IMG/VR virus record: IMGVR_UViG_3300044613_003165
Coordinates: 1-62,716 of that record
From: a virus
Taxonomy: Duplodnaviria; Caudoviricetes
Strand: one strand, 5' to 3'
Length of the DNA: 62,716 bases
Part shown: piece by piece, positions 48,535 to 57,109 of the stretch
Numbering within the stretch: the first letter of the stretch is position 1
How the letters are laid out: the number at the start of each line of letters is the position of its first letter
Program-made: the position numbers and the translations under genes
The notes under the pieces: model-generated
The model's database searches: none
What the model was told of the DNA's origin: nothing
What the model saw: the letters and a program-made list of their open reading frames with translations, nothing else

Positions 48535-48545
48535 ATTACCTAAGT

Positions 48546-48737
48546 ATGAACAACGAACAAGTGACCGAACACAAGTCAAAGGCCGAGGCAATCAAGTACC
48601 TCAAGGCTAAGGGCTACGAGTACACCGAACGCAATGACTTTGGCGATTGCGCGTGGCTCTACAGCAACGAAAATTATGCAATGCTTAGCTACAACAACAA
48701 AAATACAGTGACTATAGTAGAGGCAAAAAAACACTAG
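48546..48737 (+). CDS. Early hypothetical protein
   Basis: ORF directly after sigma54 element; no SD. Confidence 0.55.
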   Translation: MNNEQVTEHKSKAEAIKYLKAKGYEYTERNDFGDCAWLYSNENYAMLSYNNKNTVTIVEAKKH

Positions 48738-48764
48738 TTCCGCTTAACAACAAAGGGGGAAATC

Positions 48765-48995
48765 ATGGGAACAAAAACACAAGTCATTGAATTCATTGAA
48801 CACAACGAAATTGATGTGCGGACATTGAGTCTAGTTGACGACGATCCCGAGTTCGGGACAAGTGACATTAGTGACATTGAGGGCGACCTCTGTACTGTTG
48901 AGGCCTTGACTTTGGATGGGCTTGAGTTCAATTTTCAAATACTGAATGGCGGAAAAGAATTTGATATCATCGGCAAGTTGGCCGGATGGTTTTGA
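48765..48995 (+). CDS. Early acidic hypothetical protein
   Basis: SD AAGGGGG; very acidic. Confidence 0.6.
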   Translation: MGTKTQVIEFIEHNEIDVRTLSLVDDDPEFGTSDISDIEGDLCTVEALTLDGLEFNFQILNGGKEFDIIGKLAGWF

Positions 48996-49021
48996 ACACA
49001 AAAATTGTAGGGAGTCAAGCA

Positions 49022-49129
49022 ATGAACACAAAAAAATTCAAAGGTAAAATTATCCGAATCAAAGGCCCCATCAAATTGTGCAGCATCGCTAAACTCAAGG
49101 CATTGGGCTTTGTAGTTATAATGGCATAG
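49022..49129 (+). CDS. 35-aa basic peptide (not in ORF track)
   Basis: SD GGAG; fills gap in operon. Confidence 0.5.
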   Translation: MNTKKFKGKIIRIKGPIKLCSIAKLKALGFVVIMA

Positions 49130-49138
49130 GGAGGATTT

Positions 49139-49321
49139 ATGAACAAAAATAGAGCTATTGAATTAGTGACATCACTTCTAAACGACATGGACTTATGGCA
49201 AGGCGAGCATGCGGAGTTCGATCACTTGTTAAGTCAAGGCGTGGCAATGCTCGAATTAGGGTATACATTAGGGCAAGTAGATGAGTGCCTTAATAATAAA
49301 ATTCAAGACTTGGCCGCCTAG
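49139..49321 (+). CDS. Early hypothetical protein
   Basis: SD GGAGG. Confidence 0.6.
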   Translation: MNKNRAIELVTSLLNDMDLWQGEHAEFDHLLSQGVAMLELGYTLGQVDECLNNKIQDLAA

Positions 49322-49408
49322 CAAGAAGTCAAGACTTTTGCTGGACATTGGGCGATTCTCGGGCGTAAGGCTCGAGGATCGCTCTATTTTGTTTAGGCGC
49401 GCTCTAAT

Positions 49409-49578
49409 GGCCTTGCCCTGCCCTGTCCTGCCCTGTCCTGTCTTGGCCTGTCCTGTCCTGTCTTGGCCTGTCCTGTCTTGGCCTTGCCCTGCCTTGCCCT
49501 GCCCTGCCTTGCCTTGGGTGCTTTGCTCGAGCCTTGGTGCCTTGCTGGAGCCTTGCTTTGGTGCTTTGCTCGAGCCTT
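49409..49578. repeat. Degenerate pentamer array (C/T/G)C(C/T)TG, about 21 units, then GGTGCTTTGCTCGAGCCTT repeats
   Basis: No A on the + strand from 49409 to 49529. Confidence 0.9.
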
Positions 49579-49863
49579 AGCGAATTTTATCACTTCAAGC
49601 TCTTATGCGCCTAAGTCATTGAATTCACGCGCGACACTAAAAATGCCCATAGCGATTTCTAGAATTGTAGGTCTAGTTTTGCTAAGTTATTGAATTTATA
49701 CGAAGGTCTAGAAAGGCCCAGGTAAATTTTCATTTTTATATTTACAGATAAGCTAAACTATTGAATATACTATAATGGTAAATAATTCTCTATATAGATG
49801 AGTGAAAGGTCTAGATAAACGTTTATAAATTGACTTAGCTTGTTTTTGGGCATAGGCTAAGCA

Positions 49864-50004
49864 CCATTATACCATATTAGACACCTATGGAAATCGAGTC
49901 AAGTTAAGATTTAGTTAAGGGATTCATTTTTTATGGGCACAGCTATCCCATTATATCAATTTAGCATCCGGAGGTCTATTTGTCAAGTTAAGTTTATGTT
50001 AAGG
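49864..50004 (-). promoter_or_regulatory. Duplicated leftward sigma70-like promoter units (49864-49920 and 49948-50004)
   Basis: TTGACT-N17-TAATAT and TTGACA-N17-TAAATT, both preceded by CCTTAAC-N5-CTTAAC and followed by TATAATGG. Confidence 0.6.
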
Positions 50005-50444
50005 CGCTTATTGAATAGATTAAAGTTGGATTATTGTTAATAAAATAAGGGATTGTGAATAGAATAGTGGGTGCATTGGGTGCGGAGTATTGATTCAATA
50101 AATAATTTTCAGTATTACGTCCCTCCATTCTCGCCTACCTTGCATCTATACCCTATCTTATTGGATCTATTAATCTTTTAAAGCTTTATTAGACGCTCTT
50201 TACGCCGCTATAAGCGCACTTAATAGCCTAAACCGTTGATTATATACTAAGTACCTCTAAAGCGTCCCTAATCACCTTTTAAACTGTACAATAGACCACT
50301 AAGCGCCTATAAGTTCGACACTAAGCCTAAGTGCTCAAATTAATTAATACCCTTGAGGGATTATTAAGCTTAAGTTAAGCCTTTGTATATAAGTTATACA
50401 GGATCTATATTTAACTATTCTTTAAAGTCTAGTTAGTTAACCTT

Positions 50445-50460
50445 TGGCATAGCTTTAGCA
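50445..50460 (+). promoter_or_regulatory. sigma54-like element upstream of 50474
   Basis: TGGCATAGCTTTAGCA, GG-N10-GC; ATG 14 nt downstream. Confidence 0.45.
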
Positions 50461-50473
50461 TTATACTAATTAT

Positions 50474-50851
50474 ATGGGAACACAAGTTATAAACCAAATC
50501 ACTGAAGCTCTAGTTAAGGGTATACTTTCTTCTAATGGATCTAGTGTTAATTCTTTAGGTCAAACTATTGAGTCTAATATAGGCTATATGGTTAGCACTA
50601 AGCCTAACCTTGAATATATAGTAAATACCGCCGAGCCCCTATACTTTGAAGTCTTGGCCTACGTTGAACGAGTAGTCGGCTTATTAGGCGCTAATAGCGC
50701 TATAGGCGCTTGGGTAGACGCTAAGTCGGGCAAAGTGTACCTAGACGTGTCCGAATGCATTCTAGACCTTAATACGGCCATTAAACTAGCTAAACAAGCC
50801 AACCAAAAGGCTATTTTTGATCTTAACAGAAAGGAAACCATATATGTCTAA
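50474..50851 (+). CDS. Early phage protein (possible SAM-lyase-like fold)
   Basis: IGAWVD...YLDVS...AIKLAKQANQKAIFDL. Confidence 0.5.
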   Translation: MGTQVINQITEALVKGILSSNGSSVNSLGQTIESNIGYMVSTKPNLEYIVNTAEPLYFEVLAYVERVVGLLGANSAIGAWVDAKSGKVYLDVSECILDLNTAIKLAKQANQKAIFDLNRKETIYV

Positions 50852-51047
50852 TCTAATCACTAAGTTAAGTCTATTGGAAATTATTAGCCTTGAGGGACCT
50901 AAAAGCTTAGGCGAAGTCCTAAGGTACTATCCGCAAAATGCGTACCGTGAGGACATAAAGGCTTTATTGGATGAACTAGTAAAAGAGGGCAAGTTGACCT
51001 TTCAAATGACCAAAGGCATTTATAGGTCAAATATAAGTTTAAAATAA
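50844..51047 (+). CDS. Winged-helix DNA-binding protein
   Basis: LLEII...GPKSLGEV...IKALLDELVKEGKL..KGIY. Confidence 0.55.
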   Translation: MSNLITKLSLLEIISLEGPKSLGEVLRYYPQNAYREDIKALLDELVKEGKLTFQMTKGIYRSNISLK

Positions 51048-51113
51048 TACTTGACTGGATGATTAAAATAAGGCTTAATGTATAAAGTTAATAAACAATA
51101 AGGAGTTAATAAA

Positions 51114-51848
51114 ATGGAACAAAGTAAACTAATCACCTTGCCCGCGATTGTAAGCCCTGAGGTAAGCCCTAAGGTAAGCGGCAAATACGGCTTTGTTAAT
51201 ACCGCTGAAGTGGTGGCAAAGCTTGAAACAATGGGCTTTGTAGTGCGCACCGCGACACAACAAGGCAGAGGATCATCGGCGCGGCATGTCGTGAAAATGG
51301 TTGAATCGGGCTCTAGTCCACAATTTGATGGAACTAGACCGGAACTAATCATTATGAATGCCCACAATGGTACGTCTAGTCTTAGATTTTTAATGGGACT
51401 TTATAGAATGGTGTGCTCTAATGGACTTATCGTTTCGGATGGGGTAGATGAAAGGATTGTACTTCGACACTCGCAGGGCTTGCCGCAAAACCTTGAATCG
51501 GTTATTGAATTAGTTAAGAACAAAGCCACTGGGGTTTTTGAACACGTCAAGTCAATGAACGAAGCACAAGTTAACTCGGACGCTTTGGCCGCGTACACTG
51601 GAGCAGTCTTGAGTCAAGTTAAGATCGAACCGAGTGCAACTAATATTCAATTAGCCTTGTCACCGCGACGCACCGAAGATCAAAGCAATGATGCTTGGCA
51701 CGTATTAAACCGAGTGCAAGAAAATCTAATCAAAGGTGGACTTAAGTTTGAGGGTAGGAAGCGAGCCACTAAGGAAGTAAAAGGGATTCTAGGTGACTTT
51801 ATGGTGAATAAGGCTGTATGGGATAATAAGGCTTTGTTAGTTGGCTGA
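51114..51848 (+). CDS. DUF932 (DUF945-like) protein
   Basis: SGKYGFVNT, PELIIMNAHNGTSS, GLYRMVCSNGL, RHS, PRRTED...W.VLNRVQENLIKGG. Confidence 0.85.
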   Translation: MEQSKLITLPAIVSPEVSPKVSGKYGFVNTAEVVAKLETMGFVVRTATQQGRGSSARHVVKMVESGSSPQFDGTRPELIIMNAHNGTSSLRFLMGLYRMVCSNGLIVSDGVDERIVLRHSQGLPQNLESVIELVKNKATGVFEHVKSMNEAQVNSDALAAYTGAVLSQVKIEPSATNIQLALSPRRTEDQSNDAWHVLNRVQENLIKGGLKFEGRKRATKEVKGILGDFMVNKAVWDNKALLVG

Positions 51849-51865
51849 ATTATCCTAAAAACAAA

Positions 51866-51881
51866 GCGCCAAGGATGGCGC
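51866..51881 (+). promoter_or_regulatory. GCGCCA-AGGA-TGGCGC hairpin, CsrA/RsmA-type site next to an SD
   Basis: Perfect stem presenting ANGGA in the loop. Confidence 0.5.
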
Positions 51882-51893
51882 AGAAAGGTTTAT

Positions 51894-51998
51894 ATGATAA
51901 GTCTTTTAATTCTAATCGGTTTAGTATATTTTGCTGTAACAATGCCTATTATCGGAGTGCCCTTGTTGATTTTGGCTATACTTTCAGGAAAGGTCTAA
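51894..51998 (+). CDS. 34-aa hydrophobic peptide (not in ORF track)
   Basis: SD GAAAGG; MISLLILIGLVYFAVTMPIIGVPLLILAILSGKV. Confidence 0.55.
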   Translation: MISLLILIGLVYFAVTMPIIGVPLLILAILSGKV

Positions 51999-52002
51999 AA
52001 AA

Positions 52003-52188
52003 ATGAACGTAATTAACTTTAAAAATGAATTGACTAAACTAGTCTTTAATAATAAGATCGAAACAAGTCTAAGGATAAAGGCAGGCAATACAGTAAATAA
52101 AATTAATGAGGACGAAACTAAGGAACTAGAAAAGCTTTACTTTGAGCAAGAAGATAAGAAAACAGGGAATTTTAATCCTTTTAGATAA
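52003..52188 (+). CDS. Hypothetical protein
   Basis: SD GAAAGG. Confidence 0.5.
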   Translation: MNVINFKNELTKLVFNNKIETSLRIKAGNTVNKINEDETKELEKLYFEQEDKKTGNFNPFR

Positions 52189-52202
52189 GAAAGGTTTATA
52201 AA

Positions 52203-52748
52203 ATGGAATATAATATTAAAAAAATGTATGCCATTGAGGTAGGGAAGAAAGAAAGCGAAAGGTTTTTTAGGTTAATCGAAAAGAAAGGCTACCATGATCT
52301 AAGTTATAGAATGGTAACAAATGATAGGTTAAACCATAAAGTGGAATTTTTTGAAACTATAGAAAGCGCTAATAATAAAATCAAAGAATTAAAAACCATT
52401 AAAAAAACCTGGCAATTAAGGCCCATTGAGGTAAATTGTTTAGAATTTTATCATTTTGAAGCCGAGGGATTTGCTGATACTTATGGTTGGTATAGGGATT
52501 GTAGTATTAATAAAGTAAAATCAACGGTTTTTAAACGAGAACCTTTTAGCGAAGCCGATATTGAAGACTATTTTAGATCAAGATTTTCTAACCCAAAACA
52601 ATTGGCTTTGAAGTTAAAAAAACAGGAAGTAGAACACAAAAAAAATACTATTAAAAAATTTATTGAAGAAACTAAAAAAATCAAGCAAAGATTTGAATAT
52701 TTGAAAGAATACGACTCGGACAACGAAGTACAAGAATGGTTGAAATAA
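52203..52748 (+). CDS. EWLK-tail family protein
   Basis: Ends DSDNEVQEWLK. Confidence 0.65.
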   Translation: MEYNIKKMYAIEVGKKESERFFRLIEKKGYHDLSYRMVTNDRLNHKVEFFETIESANNKIKELKTIKKTWQLRPIEVNCLEFYHFEAEGFADTYGWYRDCSINKVKSTVFKREPFSEADIEDYFRSRFSNPKQLALKLKKQEVEHKKNTIKKFIEETKKIKQRFEYLKEYDSDNEVQEWLK

Positions 52749-52752
52749 ACTT

Positions 52753-53088
52753 ATGAAAGTAACAGAAAAAAACGGACTTGTCAAGGGAAATAGTTTTACT
52801 TTTAATAAAATTACACTTGAAGGATTTAGCTATAAATGGTGGCAAGTAAGTTTAAAATTAGACGAAAATACTGTTTTATTTAATAATTACAAATATTCCC
52901 AAACTACTGCTAGGCATCAGCATGAAATTTTACGCCTATTAAAAGAACAACAAGAAAGATTTGGTTTTAGAATTTTTACAGTTTCAATATCCGAAGGTTT
53001 ACAAGATAAAAATGCGGTGGTCAATTTTGTTAAAAACAATTTAAAAACGATTAGCACTGATAATGAAATTAGGGAGTGGCTAAAATAA
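52753..53088 (+). CDS. EWLK-tail family protein
   Basis: SY.WW...FNNYKYSQTTARHQ domain; ends STDNEIREWLK. Confidence 0.65.
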   Translation: MKVTEKNGLVKGNSFTFNKITLEGFSYKWWQVSLKLDENTVLFNNYKYSQTTARHQHEILRLLKEQQERFGFRIFTVSISEGLQDKNAVVNFVKNNLKTISTDNEIREWLK

Positions 53089-53092
53089 TCTT

Positions 53093-53290
53093 ATGAAATT
53101 CAAATCAATTACTAGAGGAAACTATCCTGTAAAAATCTATCGAACTAATTTCACTAAAGAATATCCAATTTTAGGCGCTTATTACATGCTCGGGATTTGG
53201 AAACCCGAAAAGTGGACAAAGGAAGGCTTTTCTTCGTTTAGCGTAAAGGGAACAGTCCCAACTTCCACTGATTTAATTCTTAAAAAATAA
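53093..53290 (+). CDS. Hypothetical protein
   Basis: TRGNYPVKIY...YPILG...WTKEG...DL pattern. Confidence 0.55.
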   Translation: MKFKSITRGNYPVKIYRTNFTKEYPILGAYYMLGIWKPEKWTKEGFSSFSVKGTVPTSTDLILKK

Positions 53291-53298
53291 GGAAAACA

Positions 53299-53580
53299 AT
53301 GAAAAAAACAAAATATTTTACCTACTATACCAAGGAAGATTTTTTAACTAGTGTTGATTTGGGATATAAAGCGCGTCTTTCATTATTTTTAGGCGCATCA
53401 ATAGGTGGAATTGACGAAAAAGGGTTTTATTTGTTTGAAGACTCAATTGACCATAAAGTTGATTCTTGTTTTTGTGTGACAAAAGGAAAGGATTTGATTA
53501 TTTTTCCTTTTACAAATAATGAAATTATAAAACAATTCGAGTTAATTAGATCAATTAAAAATAAAATTGACAACAAATAA
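53299..53580 (+). CDS. Hypothetical protein
   Basis: SD AAGGA. Confidence 0.5.
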   Translation: MKKTKYFTYYTKEDFLTSVDLGYKARLSLFLGASIGGIDEKGFYLFEDSIDHKVDSCFCVTKGKDLIIFPFTNNEIIKQFELIRSIKNKIDNK

Positions 53581-53595
53581 AAGTTTTGATATACT
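53567..53595 (+). promoter_or_regulatory. Strong sigma70 promoter for the AAA/VWA operon
   Basis: TTGACA-N17-TATACT. Confidence 0.75.
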
Positions 53596-53621
53596 GTTAA
53601 CACAATGGAGGATAAAGCAAA

Positions 53622-54698
53622 ATGAAGCCAAACGATATTAACAAAATCCTAGACCTTGCCAAAAGTGCTCGAAGCAAAGGATTCACGTTTAACCCGCTTT
53701 TCGTAGGTGACGCGGGCATTGGGAAGTCTAAAATTTGTCAACAATGGGCTGAAAAACAAAAACAATCGGACCCCGATTTTGGGTTTATTGACTTGCGCAT
53801 GGCTTATCTTGAAGCTCAAGACCTTGTAGGAATGCCGCGTAGCGAAGGTGGCCGGACTGTTTATTCTTTGCCTGAATTTTGGCCTACTTCTGGCAGCGGG
53901 CTTTTGTTGCTAGAGGAACCTAATAGAGCGCATCCGCAAACGATGCAAGCTCTAATGCAGTTGACTACTGACCGAAAGGTGCATGATTATAAACTTCCTG
54001 CGGGATGGATTATCGCTGGAGCTATTAACCCTGAAAGTTCTAGTTATTCGGTTGAAACAATGGACGCAGCGCTTAAAAACCGATTCCAATTGTTTGAAAT
54101 TAATTATGACCATTCTAGTTTTGTTGACTTTATGAAAGAAAGAAAATTTAGCGATAATGTTATTTCATTTGTTAATAGCGGAGTTTGGACCTTTAAAAGC
54201 GCATCTGAAAATGTGGAACACTATATTTCACCTAGAACCTGGCACGCAATGAGTGACGCTGAATTGTCGGGACTCACGAGCGAGTTTAAGGAAATGCACC
54301 ACGAAGCCGCTATTGCAATTTTAGGCAAAAGTGTAGGGAAGGAATTCCACGCCTATTGCTTCCTTGAAACTCCTGTATTGCTAAAAGACCTTTTGAACAG
54401 CCCAAAGGAAGCCAAGAAGAAACTTAAGAAGCACGCAAGCGAAGAATCCTATCGTGGGGATTTGCTCAATGTTACAATTAACAGCATCTTGAGCGAATAC
54501 AATGGCGAGCAAGACAAGCTAGAAAAATTTGAAGACCTTGTTTTGATGGTTGCAGATCTTTTGCCCGCCGATCTTTCTTTGAACCTGATTAAAGAATTCA
54601 CTAATAAAGTTCCTGACAAAAACTATAAGATAGCGACTCTACTGGATAAAAACCCTGAAATCAAGAAGTCACTAGAAAAACGCTTTAAGGGGATTTAA
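53622..54698 (+). CDS. MoxR/dynein-related AAA+ ATPase
   Basis: GDAGIGKS, DLVGMP, LLLEEPNRA, AGAIN, MDAALKNRF, SPRTW. Confidence 0.9.
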   Translation: MKPNDINKILDLAKSARSKGFTFNPLFVGDAGIGKSKICQQWAEKQKQSDPDFGFIDLRMAYLEAQDLVGMPRSEGGRTVYSLPEFWPTSGSGLLLLEEPNRAHPQTMQALMQLTTDRKVHDYKLPAGWIIAGAINPESSSYSVETMDAALKNRFQLFEINYDHSSFVDFMKERKFSDNVISFVNSGVWTFKSASENVEHYISPRTWHAMSDAELSGLTSEFKEMHHEAAIAILGKSVGKEFHAYCFLETPVLLKDLLNSPKEAKKKLKKHASEESYRGDLLNVTINSILSEYNGEQDKLEKFEDLVLMVADLLPADLSLNLIKEFTNKVPDKNYKIATLLDKNPEIKKSLEKRFKGI

Positions 54699-54700
54699 TT

Positions 54701-55945
54701 ATGTCAAATAAACTAGAACTAGCAAAGCAGCAACTAGAAAAGTGTTCTTATTATCTTAACTATAAAAGCAAGCTTATTTTTGTTAGTTCGGTGGCGCAGT
54801 CAATGCATGTTAACTTTAGCGAAAGTTTGCCTACAGCGGGAGTTATGTTTGATGAAAAGATTAAGCAGTTTAAGCTATTTATTAACCCTGATTTTCTTTT
54901 GAAGCTTAGCATCGCAGAGGGAGCCGCAGTATTAACCCACGAGATTTATCATATTTTCCACAAGCACGTCTATTATAATCACACTCAATATAATAAAATG
55001 ATCCTTAATATCGCAATGGACCTAGTTATTAATCAGTTAATTGAAGATTTACCCAAGGAGGCAATGTTTTTAAAGAATTTTAAACAGAAAGACGGAAGCC
55101 CATTCCCTAAGAATAAACCGACTGAAGTATACTATGATTTGCTAATGAATAGTGACTTTAACCCTAATCCTGACGGCGATCAAAGCAACCCGATGCCTAA
55201 TGAGTGGAAGGACACTAAGGAAGCTTTTACTAAGAAACAACACGCTTTTGATTCGCATGAATGGGGAGAAACACAAGATGAGGCTCAATTAAAAGAAAAA
55301 CTAGAAGCAGTTCAACAATTAGCTAAGCGCGCTAAAGAACAAACAGAGAAGGCACACTCAAAGACCCCTGAATTCGTAGAAGACTTACTAGAACAAATAA
55401 ACAAGGAACTCGCTAAACTTGATTATAAGTCTATTTTGATGCATACACTTAAGCGATCTATGCCCGCCAAAACGCTAATTAAGACACGCAAAAGACCCTC
55501 TAGACGCTTTGGTGAAATAGCACCAGGGAATAAACTAGGTGAAATGCCTAGAGTTTACTTCTTGGCCGACACTTCCGGTTCTATTTCCTACAATGAGTTA
55601 AGCGAGTTTCTTAATGTTACTAATGGATTTATGGTTAATGGTGTTTCTAAGGCTGAAATCGGCTTGTTTCATACTTCCCTTTATCACGAAGAAAGGATTA
55701 AGAAAAATTTTACTATCAACGAGTCTAAACTACAGTCCGGCGGAACCGAGTTAACCGATGCTTTGACCAAGGTTATCAAGAAAAACCCAGATCTTTTGAT
55801 TATTTTAACTGATGGGGAGTTTAGTATGCCTGAAATTGACACAAGAAAGCTTCCTAATACTGTGGTTGTTTTATCAAATACGCATCGCGACGATTGCCCT
55901 TTATCTACCCTTAAAAATGTAAAGACGGTTAAGTATGGATTCTGA
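54701..55945 (+). CDS. DUF2201-type metallopeptidase plus VWA domain protein
   Basis: PTAGV, HEIYH...NIAMDLVIN; MIDAS DTSGS, GGT, LTDG. Confidence 0.88.
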   Translation: MSNKLELAKQQLEKCSYYLNYKSKLIFVSSVAQSMHVNFSESLPTAGVMFDEKIKQFKLFINPDFLLKLSIAEGAAVLTHEIYHIFHKHVYYNHTQYNKMILNIAMDLVINQLIEDLPKEAMFLKNFKQKDGSPFPKNKPTEVYYDLLMNSDFNPNPDGDQSNPMPNEWKDTKEAFTKKQHAFDSHEWGETQDEAQLKEKLEAVQQLAKRAKEQTEKAHSKTPEFVEDLLEQINKELAKLDYKSILMHTLKRSMPAKTLIKTRKRPSRRFGEIAPGNKLGEMPRVYFLADTSGSISYNELSEFLNVTNGFMVNGVSKAEIGLFHTSLYHEERIKKNFTINESKLQSGGTELTDALTKVIKKNPDLLIILTDGEFSMPEIDTRKLPNTVVVLSNTHRDDCPLSTLKNVKTVKYGF

Positions 55946-56123
55946 AATAAAAGCAGGGGATAAGGTTATTGTAAAGCGAGAACCTAATCAAGTTTATACA
56001 GTACAAGCAAGGCACAAAGATTTAATCTTAGTTAAAGAATCAAATAAACTTTTTTTTGTTAAGGAATTAAAGCTGACCAAAATAGAAACCTTAAATAAGG
56101 AAATAGCAGAATGGCTCAAGTAA
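55935..56123 (+). CDS. EWLK-tail family protein (SH3/KOW-like)
   Basis: IKAGDKV; ends TLNKEIAEWLK. Confidence 0.65.
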   Translation: MDSEIKAGDKVIVKREPNQVYTVQARHKDLILVKESNKLFFVKELKLTKIETLNKEIAEWLK

Positions 56124-56353
56124 AGGCTAAATTTAAAGCTGGCGATGTTATAAAGTTTAAGAACGGTTCCGTATGGTATACGCATATTATAACGGGTTTT
56201 AGCGACAATGGCCTATGCTATTACGCCAAGGGCTCGTTTTCAACCGATAATTATTCTAATGAATATCTTATGGGTATTACCAGGACTGACGGCATGTATA
56301 CTTTATCTAAAAGAACAGAAACCGAAAAGGACATACAACAATGGCTCAAGTAA
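56111..56353 (+). CDS. EWLK-tail family protein
   Basis: KFKAGDVI; ends ETEKDIQQWLK. Confidence 0.65.
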   Translation: MAQVKAKFKAGDVIKFKNGSVWYTHIITGFSDNGLCYYAKGSFSTDNYSNEYLMGITRTDGMYTLSKRTETEKDIQQWLK

Positions 56354-56514
56354 AAAAACTAAGTAAAAACATGAGTCTTATTTTAGATGATAAGGGTAAC
56401 TTTGACCTTATTTTTAATCAAAAATCTTTTAGCCTTAGTGTAGACGGCAGCAAGGTTTGGGTTAAGATTAGTCCCAAAACAGCCAAGAAACTAGTTAAGG
56501 AATTAAGCAAATGA
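56341..56514 (+). CDS. 57-aa protein starting inside the previous tail (not in ORF track)
   Basis: MAQVKK..., SD AAGGA, ATGA overlap with 56511. Confidence 0.55.
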   Translation: MAQVKKLSKNMSLILDDKGNFDLIFNQKSFSLSVDGSKVWVKISPKTAKKLVKELSK

Positions 56515-56801
56515 AAAGAATAGGGAATAGATATTTTATAGAGTCTAGTCCGCTTAGCGTAGGCACCTTGACAGTTAACTATTCGGATAACTTTATCGTA
56601 AAGGACTTAAGTTTATCCGTAACAGTAAAGGGAATAAGTGTAGAAGTTATAAAGGAAATTGAAGAAGTGTTAAACGATTTTAGAAAGTATAGCGAGCCAA
56701 AAAAAGGCGTAAATGCAATTAAGCTCCGAGAAGAATGGAGCAAAGAGGAAGAAGATCAAAACAATCTAAACTATATTATCAACAAAGCGAGGAAGCAATG
56801 A
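56511..56801 (+). CDS. Hypothetical protein
   Basis: Coupled ORF. Confidence 0.5.
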   Translation: MKRIGNRYFIESSPLSVGTLTVNYSDNFIVKDLSLSVTVKGISVEVIKEIEEVLNDFRKYSEPKKGVNAIKLREEWSKEEEDQNNLNYIINKARKQ

Positions 56802-57109
56802 TTAATAAAGAAACCAAAACTAAGTTTACTTTTCGAGTTGTAGAACCCTTTTACGATATGGGCGAAGAAATAAACAAAAGCGAAGTAGTGACGGATAGTC
56901 TTGACAAGGCTAAGGAAATTCTGGTAAATTCTTATGAGGGAGTAGATATTAATAACTTTCAGTTGGTAAAGACTGAAGATATTGAACTCTATGATCCTCA
57001 AAAGAAAACTTCCTTGGAATACATGGAAGACTTTGAAAGCTTTAAGTATTTTGAAATTGGAAACTATTTTGACAAAGACTTCAACAACAAGAAAAGAGTG
57101 GTAAAATGA
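56798..57109 (+). CDS. Hypothetical protein
   Basis: ATGA overlap at 56798; SD GAGG. Confidence 0.5.
   Translation: MINKETKTKFTFRVVEPFYDMGEEINKSEVVTDSLDKAKEILVNSYEGVDINNFQLVKTEDIELYDPQKKTSLEYMEDFESFKYFEIGNYFDKDFNNKKRVVK

Noticed and set aside
48182-48591. ORFs 48182-48367 (+) and 48370-48591 (-)
   Set aside because: They overlap the sigma54 and IHF motifs, have atypical Cys-rich composition and are likely spurious.
49409-49578. CRISPR array
   Set aside because: Contiguous 5-mers with no unique spacers and no cas genes.
49281-49693. ORFs with PCPVL or RQGRA repeats on both strands
   Set aside because: These are translations of the pentamer array; the A-free strand cannot contain stops, and there is no SD or typical codon usage.
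49847-49863. Further sigma54-like site GGGCATAGGCTAAGCA
   Set aside because: Correct spacing but weak match at both boxes and no downstream gene.
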